Assembly: GCA_001179505.1 (NCBI GenBank)
Contig: CDMY01000483.1
Coordinates: 4,099-68,098 of the forward strand
Direction of reading: 5' to 3'
DNA from: Vitrella brassicaformis CCMP3155
Lineage: Eukaryota; Protista; Chromerida
Length of the DNA: 64,000 nucleotides
Each line of letters starts with the position of its first letter. Positions within the stretch are counted from its first letter, which is position 1. Under the pieces are notes generated by a model. It made no database searches, was not told the origin of the DNA, and saw only the letters and a program-made list of their open reading frames with translations. A program made the translations under genes and the position numbers. Shown piece by piece: positions 50,801 through 61,485 of this stretch.

Positions 50801-51893
50801 CCATCAGGACAATCGTCCCCAGTACGGCCAGTCGACGGCCGCCACTCAGGTGGAGGGCATCGACCTGCTCGCCAAGAAGGCGCAGCAGCATGAACAAGAA
50901 CAGCCCGAAGATGATGAGCAGGAACAAGACGAAGACGACGAGCAAGGAGACGGCCAGCAGCCAGACGAGGACAGCGACCTCGACATCGATGAGGACGACC
51001 TGGACGAGCTGCTAGACGATGACAGCGATGCTGATGAGGGCGAGGACGACCTGCAGGAAGAGGGCGAGCCGCGTGGCAAGGGCACCAAGCGCAAGAGACC
51101 AGACGATGAGCAGCAAAGTACCGACACCACCAGCGCCGCCATGTTTGATCGCGTCCTCGGCCAAGAGGACTTCGCAAAGATCCGCAGGCAAGCACAAACA
51201 CACATACAGGCACCCCACCATAGTGTCATTTGTGTGTCCATTGCTGCATTCGTTAGGTTGAAGCTCAAGCACGACGCCGAGGTGGCCATGGGCGGCAAAG
51301 GCAAGAAGCCGTTATCGTCACAAAGGGCCGGTGGTGACGAGTGGGAGACCGACAGCGACGCTGAGAGCGATGCGAGCGGGTCGGAGGACGAGAAGAGCGA
51401 CGACCAGGAGGTGAGAATGACGCCACATACACACACACAAATGCAGAATGATGTGGTGGTGCAGGCTGACACCGATCGAGTGAATCCCGACGACCTGCGG
51501 GGCGTGAGCAAGAAGAAGCGGACTCGAGCAGAGAAGCTCGCCAGTGTGCTCAAGGGACGCGCTGACAAGAAGAAGAACAAAGGTCCCCTCCCAACACACA
51601 GACGGGAGAGCAATCCATCCATCGCCGTCTGTGACGGGAGAGCAATCCATCCATCCCCGTCTGTGTGCACCGATGCAGGCAAGAACAAGGGCGCTGGTGA
51701 TGCAGCGGCAGCGGTGGTGTCGATGCCGAATGCGGTCAAGAGCCGCAACAAGCCCATCATGATGGTGCGCAACAAGCGGGCCCTCCAGGACAAGAGAAAG
51801 CAGGATTTGCAGACCAAGGTGGCCGGCCTCCGCAAACACATCAAGAACCTGAGGATGAAGACCGGCGGCAAGGCCAGGAGACGCAAGAAGTAA
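47812..51893 (+). CDS. SDA1: SDA1 (60S ribosome biogenesis/export factor)
   Basis: LPVLQ|DLIKRDPEAY...FLAH|VTPCY; AVGLNA|VREVC.R.PLAL..DML.DL.EF..YKDK|GVMMAAKGLINQYRD.YPSLL.K..RG; acidic stretch; KRTRAEKLASVLKGR; KSRNKPIMMVR. Confidence 0.92.
51601..51664 (+). repeat. 32-bp direct tandem duplication in an SDA1 intron
   Basis: gacgggagagcaatccatccatc(g/c)ccgtctgt x2, one mismatch. Confidence 0.9.
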
Positions 51894-52518
51894 ATGCTTG
51901 TGCTTGGTGCTGCATGTGGTGCGAGTGAGAGGCTTTGTGTCGGTGGATTCTTCGTGTGAGCCGTCTGATCTCGATCGCGACGCAATCCGTGGCGTCTCGA
52001 GCTAAGACGCCATGGGTTAGGTCGCGATCGGCTGGGTGCACACACGAAGAATGAACGACACACGCAGACAGACAGAGAAGCAATGGATGGATGGACACTG
52101 CATTCATGTCGTTGGATGTCAGGAGTTTCTGGTGGGTGTCTCAGCGGTTTTCCTGCTCCGATTGTGTGTTGTGAGTGAACGTCGGGATGTTTTTTGATTG
52201 ATTATCAAAGTGACGAGGCCTCAGTGGATAAAGATTGACACGCACACACATGAATGTGTCTGCACATGGACACGAACGAGTCATCAGGCCGTCATGCTGT
52301 CGGGTCTGAGTCAGTCGCTAGGAAGCTGGCTACACACTGCGGCCATCCATCGAGCTGCAGCAATGCTCCTCCGCCCTCCGTATACACATACCACCTGCAA
52401 CATACACAGAGAGAGAGAGAGAAGCGTCGGCTTGCCTCCTGTGTGTGATGCTGTGTGCTGCAGTGTTGTGTGGTCTCACCCTCCCTTGGCCGCTGTCTAT
52501 GAGGGCTGTCAGATCGGT

Positions 52519-54549
52519 TCAGCCGCTCCTCACCTGCACACAGAACACATACAGCAGTGCCATCCACAGCCAGCCAGCCATGTGTGCCCTCCGTTCCCCT
52601 CACACGCCCACCTGCCATATTATATATATATATATTATATATTTCCATCTCATCGCATGTGAAGTCCATGGACTGCGCCAATGTGCCGTGGCCCTGCCCA
52701 GTCTGCCGCCCCTTGTATCCCTCAGGCAAATGGTCTTTGTCGATCCACTGCTGGCAGCGGCTGAGGTCGGCCGCCGGACCAGGCCGAGCAAAGCCCAGCC
52801 AGAGATAACCGTAGCCGATGCACAGATTCCCATGCGGCTCGCCCTTGTTGTCCGTCACCGCCCCCTGTGTGCCGGCCACCTCCACCTGCTGCATGTCCTT
52901 GGGTATCTCGATCTTGGTCGGCGCATCGTACGCACCCGACAGCGCGTAGAGGAAGACCGGAACCTTGTAGAGGTTGGTCTGTGTGGGGTCAGCAGGTGGT
53001 GTGATCTGGCCGTCCATGAAGGCCCCGAATCGGTGAGTGTCGCCGTCTCGGAGGGCGAAGAGCAGGCCGCTCTTGCCGGTCACCTTGTTGAGGAAGGAGG
53101 GGTACCCGAACGTGTCACGACTCGACCTGATTGACACACAGAAGGACAGTGTGGTCTCGTCCTGTCAGCTGCCTTGGCGTGTGAGTGCTGCATCTCACTT
53201 GTACAGCAGCGATGGCGCCACGGCGATTTTCTTGTCCGTCATCTTCATCACCGCCAGCCACTCGTCGGCCGTCTTGATCACAGCGGACGCCCCCGCCGCC
53301 CCACCGACAGGCGGCACCGTGTTGAGGCCGTACATTCCCAGCTCGACGCCAAAGTGGCCTTCTCGTGCGGCGCCACCACCGGCGAATGGACAAAGCGGCC
53401 GGCCAGCATCACGGACAAACGGCGAGCAAAGTCGACAATGAGCTGCTGAAACCGGAGCGACGTCTGGCGCGCCTCCTGGTCGGGCCACTCATCGCTGAAG
53501 AAACACACGCACACACACCCCACACACACAGGCACATGGGACACCACAGAAGATCCCCAGCCTTACGATCCTTACGGATTGTATCGCTTGACGAGGGCAT
53601 GGTTTGGTCCGAAGTAGGCCAGACTGCGACGCAGGATCGACACCTGCTCGTTCTCCACCGTGAGTGTCATCACCTCGGTATCCTCATCGCTGCTATCCCC
53701 CTTGACGAACGACCGCATCGCCGCCAGGAAGGCCTCCATGCCCTCCTTCTGCTTCTGCAGCTCGGCAAGGGCGCGGCGGTAGCTGTTCATGTACTCCTCG
53801 ATCTTCTCAAACGCATCCTCGGCCGACGGCTCATTCGCACGCCCCCCCTCACCCTGCCCCTCCTCGCTGCTATCGCCCTTCTGTCCGCCCTCAACCCCAC
53901 TACTGCCCTCCTTATCGGCCATGTCGACATCCGCCTCGTCGCCGCCCTTCTCGCCTTCCTCTTCCTCGACCACATGCTGCATGAACAGCGGGTGGTACTC
54001 GGCATAAGAGGGGTCGTCGGCCTCCGGTGAATGGATGGCAATCTCGTCCAGGTGAGGGCTCTCGAGCAGCGCCAGCTGGTCACGCAGCCAGCGGAAATAC
54101 GCCGGGTGCATCTCGAGGAATGGCAAGTTGTTCTCGTCCTTTGGCAGCTGGTCGGTGAAGTGCAGCAGCAGCGTCGAGAGGTAAGTCATCTTCATCTTGG
54201 GATGAAGCAGTCGCTGAACTGAGATGAAGAAGACCGTGCCGCCCACGTTGAGCTGCAGCTGGCCGCTGGTCTTGTGCGGCTCCACCGTGCCGCCATTGGC
54301 GGTGAAGAGCTGCTTGATCTCCTCCGCCAGTCGTTCGATTTCGTCGTCTGCCCGGCTCCTTGCTGTCTCAGTGGCCGCTGCCAGCTCATCGAGCGATGTT
54401 GAGGCCTGTCGAATCGCCGAATCGCCCTCCTGCCGCCCAATGGTCACGCCGTGCAGCCGGGATGGAGCCGGCAACTCATCATCGGCTGCTCTGCCGTTCT
54501 GATTCTTTCGCTTCTTGGAACCACCAGCAGCTGCTGCAGCGGCCGACAT
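52519..54549 (-). CDS. BTB/POZ-like + TLDc protein, paralogue 3; C-terminus frameshifted by a TA-tract insertion
   Basis: QLQLNVGGTVFFISVQRLL...LPKDENNLPFLE; LLYK|SSRDTFGYPSFLNKVTGKSGLLFALRDGDTHRFGAF...DFTCDEMEI followed by the AT-only insert. Confidence 0.8.
52617..52643. repeat. AT-only (TA)n-like tract inside a coding exon
   Basis: atattatatatatatatattatatattt within an otherwise GC-rich exon. Confidence 0.9.
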
Positions 54550-54637
54550 CGCTAATCAAACGCTAATGCGCTAATGCTCCCGGAGTTGCGAGCTTTGAGT
54601 GGATCGCCGCAACGCTGAGGCAAAGGGCGTTTCCGTG
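54550..54637. promoter_or_regulatory. 88-bp bidirectional promoter/5'UTR region between head-to-head TLDc paralogues, with 3x CGCTAAT
   Basis: ATGs at 54549 (-) and 54638 (+); CGCTAAT at 54550, 54561 and 54569. Function is inferred. Confidence 0.5.
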
Positions 54638-56690
54638 ATGTTTGCGAAGAAGCGCAAGGCGGAGGAGCCGCCCGAGTCGCCTGCGGACGACAGCGATGAG
54701 TTTGAGCCGCTCCCGTTCATCGGGAGGGCATCAGTCGACGCGCTGTTGAAGGAGGCCGACGAGGCACTCGCCGCCATCGAGCAGTCAGCCAAACAGATGC
54801 GCAAGAAGCTGCGGCAGCAAGCCAAGACGATCAAGGACCTGATCACGAGCAGCGGAGGACAGCCGAGTGTGACGGGCCCGTTGAGTGAGGAGATTGAGGT
54901 CAATGTGGGCGGGACGGTGCTGTGTGTGCCTCGCAAGCCGCTGCTGCTGCCCGGCGTGAGTGAGAGCATCATCGCCTACCTGCTGCTGTACCACCTGGAT
55001 GGGCTGCCCAAGGACACAGAGGGCCGCCCATTCCTGGATGCCGACCCAATCTACTTTGACTGGTGAGCCAAGCAACACGCACACAGACAGGGAGGGCTTG
55101 CAAACTCACAAACAATGCTGCCTGGCGTATCTGTTGACGTCAGGCTGTTTGACGAGATCGCCGGTGTCGGTGCTGCTGATGCGGAGGCCGAGAGCCACGA
55201 GATCAAGCTGACGGGTGACCACAGCACCGACGTGTCGTCCCTCTTTTGGCACGAGCTCCTCTTCAACACCAAGACCGGCCTGGACATCGACATGCCCATA
55301 GACGCAGCGCCGCAAGACGACGATGACGAAATGCAACTGGACGACCAACAGCAGCAGTCCAGCCAGCAGCAGAGGGAGGCGGCAGGAGAGCAAGATGAGG
55401 ATGAGGCTGCCGACCACATGGCGGGACTCGACACCGGCATCGCACGGACGGAGGCGTCACTGCGGTGCCTCGATGCGTCAGTGGGGCGGCTGGGCGAGGT
55501 GCAGCGGGGCCTGCTCAACTTCCACAAGCTTGTCAAGCCGCTGCTAGCGATGGGGGCGACTGACGAGGGAGGGGAGGGCGATCAGATAAGGAGCGTGCGC
55601 GTCCTGGGCAAGACCATATCGACCACCGAGGCCACACTGGCGCGTGTCGGCCGCGACAAACGGCTCTACACGACGTTCCACAGGTGGGTCACACAACACC
55701 AAACAGATGGGCGGGAGAGGCACAATCCTCATGCCTGTGTCCTTCTGTTGTGTCTGCAGCGATTCGAGTGTGTCGTGCATCCGCCCCAACCATCTCATGA
55801 AGGTCATCGACTTCTCCCGCAGACAGCGCATCGCACCGCCCGGCACTTTGGTGAGCCCGCCTACATCGAGCGACGACAGGCAGATGCAGGCCGACACTGA
55901 GATGTATGGGCTGAAGTACGAGCCCTTCTTCAGCGGCGTGGCTGGGGGCGACTTGGTCATCGAGACGGACGACGAGATGGCGGAGCTGCTCAACATGACG
56001 GGCAAGACCTCACCAATGCCGTTACTCGTATACAATTCAGCGAGCCACACACACACAGACAGCAGCGAGGGGGCCCTGAAAGATCTGCCTTCGGGTGTGT
56101 CTGTTCTGTGTGTGTTGTGTGTCGTCCCTCAGGGGTAGTCGCGACATGTATGCCTTCCCCAAGATGCTCGAGTGCGTGGCCGGCAAGAGCGGCCTCCTCT
56201 TCGCCCTCCAAGACGGCCATACACACCGATTCGGCTGCTTCATCGATGGCCCCATACAGACCAACGGCCCCTACGACGTGCCCGTCTTCTTCTTTTCGCT
56301 GTCGGGTGCGTACGAGACGCCGACCAAGATCGAGATACCGGAGAGGGACCAGTGGGTGGAGGTGGCCGGCACACATGGGGTGGTGGAGGACTACGATGGC
56401 GAGTCGCGTGCCGATATGTGCATCGGCTATGGTCGGCTTTGGCTTGGCTTTGCTCGGCGGCCTGGTCCGGCGGCCGACCTCAGCCGCTGCCATCAGTGGA
56501 TCGGCAGGGATGAGCTGTCGGAGGGATACGCGGGGGAGAGGTATGACGGCGATGGCACGTTGGCGCAGTCCGGGGACTTCGCGTGCGATGAGATGGAAAT
56601 CTGGCAGGTGAGTGCACACCCACTCATCTGTGTGGATGTGTCGATCCGCGTGTCTGTGGCTGGCTGGATGTGCAGATTTCCATCGGCTGA
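54638..56690 (+). CDS. BTB/POZ-like + TLDc protein, paralogue 4
   Basis: MFAKKRKAEE...EIEVNVGGTVLCVPRKPLL...DADPIYFDW|; GSRDMYAFPKMLECVAGKSGLLFALQDGHTHRFGCF...DFACDEMEIWQ|ISIG*. Confidence 0.87.
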
Positions 56691-57286
56691 TGTTGTCTAA
56701 CGTCGACGACACCATGCGAGCGGGCAGCAGGTATGTTGCAAAACAGCGAGGCGCTTGATAATGAAAACGATGCGTTTCGCTCTTGTCTCTGTCTGTGTTG
56801 CTGTGGTGCAGGTGGTGGATGTGTTGACGGATTGCAGAGAGCAGAGGCTGAACCGCTCTCTCACAGATGCCATATGCCATTTTTCGACGGACTGACGGTA
56901 CCTGTCTGCATGTCTATGTGCGTGAGATGTGGGCATTCGATCATTCATCTCATGACGAGAGTGTCTGCATCGACCCATGATGAATGTGCAGCCATCCAAC
57001 CAGCCAGCCATCAATCATCCACACGAATCAGTCAGAAGTTATCCCGAAAGGCCTCTGCCTCCGACTTGTGCCTGTCGGCGTCGTGAGTCGCCGATGGCCC
57101 ACAATCTGTGGCCGCAGCGTGCTGCTCTGTTGTTCTGAGCACCTGTCTGCAGCTGCGTGGGCTTAACCTTGTCTTTCCGCCGCTTTATGGAGGCAGCTTA
57201 TTGAATGGGAGACGCACTGAAGCGCGCGGAAAAGAGCCCCCAGGAGAGCTTCGGGCCGGCGCCATTTTCGCTCTCTTCTCGCCGCA

Positions 57287-59200
57287 ATGGGCCGTCTGGG
57301 AGTCCCTTCTCTCGCCCTGTCTGCTCTCGTCATCGTCAGCTGCAAGGCAGTGACCATCGAAGAGACGTGAGACGCTCACAGAAGACCCCAGTGTCACTGC
57401 AAAGCTCATGTCATGATTGTAGCGCATGTGTGTATGTGCAATGCCATGTACGCATGCAGCTCGGGCGCCTCGTCGGGTTTCTTCAATGTCACTGCTGACG
57501 AGCCGGTCTGCTGCCTGCACAGCAAAAAGATGACGGTGGGTATGGCCATGCATGCATGCAATGATGGAGGCAGAGGACAGAGCGAGGCACCATTGGCGAG
57601 GCATTTGTGTACGGCTGTCTCCTCCTTCCTCTGCAGCTCCAGGAGCTCTACGACGACGCCTATCAAACCGCAGCCGTGTACGCACATATCTCACATGAAT
57701 CACTGACAAACGTGACAAACCGCATGTGCTCATTCTTTCGCAGTTTGGTTCAGGACGACCGGAAGACCGGCCGTATCACTGCCTTCGGGAGCCGAGCGAT
57801 GGTCTTCGCATCTGCAGTGAGCAGGACACGTGTGAGAACATAGACACACGAGGGCACGCGTGTTTGTGTGTTTAGAAAGCCGCGGTGGCTGCGGCGCTGC
57901 TGAACACGGCTGAGGCGTACGAGGATGTTGCTGAGGTGACGACACGTTTTGTATGTCTCTGCCGCGTGATGCGGTCGTATCTTTGGTCTGTGTCCCTCCA
58001 GTTGTGTGAGCTTGTGGATGACCTCTACGCCAGAGGATGGTTTGTCACCCAATTCAACGGCCTCAATCCCTTTTACCCGCAGGCGTAGAGAAGGGGTGGC
58101 ATACACTGATTCTCGTCCGTCGACTCATGTGTATGTCAGGTTCAGCCAATACTATAAGGGCCATGTTCATTGGGGTGACACGACTCACTACCTTCGCGCA
58201 TATGCGAGGTGGGCAGCTGAGACGGCCAACAAAGCCAAGGGAGTGGTGCTCAGCAAGAAAGGCAAAGACACCAGCAAGGCCAAGAACGCGATCGAGAAAG
58301 CGCAGGCCAAGGCTCTGGAGGCTGCCGTCAACCTCTTCAATCGGGTTTGTCACTTCATTGTCCTTTCCGGGCGTTGCGTATGGATAAAAGGGTGTGTCTC
58401 TTGAGTGTCTCTGTGCGTGTGTGTGTTTAGGCCGTGAAAGTCCGCAATTTGCAGGATAATCTTGTGGAGAAGATCGGAGACTTGGCATTTTCCATTGATG
58501 GAGGCATATACAAGGTAAGACTAGATCCACAGCGCCGAACCGGATGTCTCTCTCTCCCCCTTCCTACGATTTACTGGCTCCTCACATGTATTCTGTCGCC
58601 AGTGGAGCGAGGAATACGCTCATCTGCTGCACCCCAAACGAGTCTTCGTGCCCAAAGACAAGCTCCCTGAGCCGGACAAACCCATCCTGGAAATCAAAGC
58701 AAAGGACTACTTGCAAACCACCAAAGTCGAGGATTTCATCCAAACCAACGCACCCAAGGCGGCCACTACGGTGACAGGCCCTCATCGCATGACTGCAGAG
58801 GCACTTTGCTTGTCACATCTACCGGCCGGCCACTTTCTGCTGAAGGCCTATGAAGGGGCATGCGAGGCGTTCAACATCCTGGACGAGCCAAGCCATGTAA
58901 GAGGACGTACCGACTCAATATTGCGTTCGCTCTTTGCCTCCCATGTTTTTCATTTGCGCACGTGTGTGTCGGCAGGATGATGTGGCTGCTCTGCGAAAGT
59001 TGCCCTACCGCGTGCCCGAGGACATGTCTCCAAGCACCAACTTTATCTGCCGCGAGAAGGACGTCGAGAAGGGGAGCAAGAAGGGCCGCGGCGGGGCTGC
59101 CTGCAACCTTCTCGGGGCCTGTTTGATGTGTACGGGAGCTGTTCTTCAACTGTTTTTTCATTAGCGCACCCTGGCCATCCGTTGAGGAGGGAATTCATGG
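57287..59200 (+). CDS. Multi-exon predicted secreted protein of unknown family (3' end uncertain)
   Basis: MGRLGVPSLALSALVIVSCKA signal-like start. In-phase exons LQELYDDAYQTAA, LCELVDDLYARGWFVTQFNGLNPFYPQ, FSQYYKGHVHWGDTTHYLRAYARW, KIGDLAFSIDGGIYK|WSEEYAHLLHPKRVF, DDVAALRKLPYRVPED. Confidence 0.7.
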
Positions 59201-59940
59201 GAGTGGTTTGTTCTTCCTTACTTTCTGTCTGCCTGCCTGCCTGCCTGCCTGCCTGACGGGCTGTGAGTGTAGGAGTTGGCGGTGTTGCCTGCCTGCACTC
59301 CAACCACTCCCGCATGTCCTCCTGACTCACTCACTCACTCACTCACCATCTTGCTGGCTGTCTGACGGGAGCAGGAGAGACACGAGACACTCTTTCTTTT
59401 GCGATGCGAAGACTCTTTACTTTTGTCGTGCGATGGACCACCAATGGGCTCATGAACGAGCACATGTGTGTATTGCTCCCCCTGTGGCCGAACGTGAAAG
59501 TGCCTCTTCTTTCGACGAGAGACACGAACGTCCATCACAGGTTGTCCAACGGCGCATGGCAGAGGCCAGCTGGTTGTGTCGTCCATCGACTCACTGATTC
59601 GTCGGCGGTGTGGTGTGTCTGACGTGCGTGCAATGGTTAATCTGTACACACACACAGATGAAGTGTCCACCGACATATGTCCATCCATCCATCCATAAAC
59701 TCATTGACGCACCAGCTACAGCCCCCCTCTCACCCTCATCCGGTCCAACTGGGGCACACCCATCCATCGGTAATACACACACTACACACATGCCCTCCTC
59801 CCCAACTCACTGGCCCGTGTTAGCCACACGCACGTCACGTCAGCTCGCCTAGCCCACCTGCACGCTGCACACAACACAATATACACACCCAACAGAGAGG
59901 GATGGATGAGGGAGTACACTCATCCCACCCACCTTCATTG

Positions 59941-61342
59941 CTAAGTTGTCTCTTTCTGGTAGATGAGCATGTCTGCGATGGTGTTGGTCAGCAGGCCGCG
60001 CACCAAAGGGGCGGTAGTGGGCCGACGGTCCTTCAAGGCATCCGATTCATCACCCACTGGCGGCTCAGTGGTGAAAACACGAACACCCACTGCATTCAGC
60101 GAAAGAGCACGCGTCGAAAGGATGGCTCAGTTGTCAGCAGCAGATCTGCTATTCCTTCCTCACCTGTGTTCATGTCGGCACGCCTGCCGAGAACGACGTA
60201 TGCGACGAAAGGCATGTCGAACGACGTCAGCAGCAGATGCCGACACTCTGCAGGGGGATCTTCATCGTCGAACCTGCTCGCCATGACGGCTGTGCATCCG
60301 GAGGGTGGCTGGTGGGGCGACAGGTTCAGCAGGCCGTCCAGCACACCGCCGTGATCATACCTGAAGAAACACACACAGAACAGAAGAAAAATACCCCCAC
60401 GGATGGATGTGTATGTGTGGTGTGATGTGTAACGGTCCACCGCAACTACAGGAGTTTTGCCCCGATTCGCCAGTGAAGGGTGCCACATGATGATGTCCAT
60501 GATGAACTCCGACGCGGATGCATGAGTGAGCACATCAGCATCGGCCGTCCAGCTGACCCCCTGCAGGTCGATTGAGGATCTGACGGGCGGGTTGTCGTTG
60601 ATGATGTGAGGGTGGTATGGGTGGGTGGGGGGGAGGGGAGGGTTGATGGTCAGCTCGAAGCCCGGCTCGTCACGGAGGGCACGCACACCGCCGCCCGGCT
60701 GGTCGAACAGCTCAAAACGGCCGTAGTTGCCGCCGAAGTCGACGTGCCGACCGATCATCTTCCACAGCGCCAAAACACGCGGCTCAGCCAAATACGCCTG
60801 CAGCAACAGACACACAACACAGCTATTGAGCCATCCATCTCTCCTCGCCTTTCCCCTCCGTCCCGCCCACCTGTTTGGTGGTGTGCCTCTGGATGTCCTC
60901 CAAACTCATCGTCACCGGCAGAGTGCAGAAGCCGCGTTGCTCCGCCAACTTCAGCGCGTTGACCACCTCGGTCCACTGCTGCGTGTCCACCAGCCAGATG
61001 GCCTTCACCAGCAGGTGGCCGTCCAGCTGAGCGTCGAAAGCGATGATGGCGTGGAGTCCCTTGGCCACGAGGCAGCGATTGAGTCGGGTGCGGAGGACAT
61101 ATGGCGAGAAGTCGACTTCCCAGAGGAAATGCGCTGTGGCCCTGAGGCTGCCGACCTCAAACCGGCTGCACACACAGACATCACACACAGACCCAAGTGT
61201 GCTCATCGTCGCATTCCTTGCTCGTGCAGTGCTTGTGCTTCGCATACGTGTGGAGGGCGTCCCTGTCGGCTTTGTGGAGGAAATCGAGCGACTCGTCATT
61301 GATGGTGGCGCCAGATCTGTCCGCAGTGTGGTTATTGCCCAT
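59941..61342 (-). CDS. Lineage-specific family protein, copy A (intact, MGNNHT N-terminus)
   Basis: MGNNHTADRSGATINDESLDFLH...T|RFEVGSL...TTKQ|AYLAEPRVLALWKMIGRHVDFGGNYGRFELF...|...DRRPTTAPLVRGLLTNTIADMLIYQKETT*. Confidence 0.78.
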
Positions 61343-61485
61343 CTTCCGCCGACTCGCTCGTGGATGAAATCAGTTACTCGGCTGTCCCATGGGGAGGGGC
61401 GGCCCGTTTCTTTCCCTTTTTTTCCTTCTGTCACGATCGCACTTTGAGCTCGCCAAGATTTTGAGGCGGTGAGGACAGTGAGGCG

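Noticed and set aside
5646-57560. Scattered TGCATGCA (ApiAP2-type) motifs
   Set aside because: Most occur inside introns as part of (GCAT)n runs, so they are not evidence of regulation by themselves.
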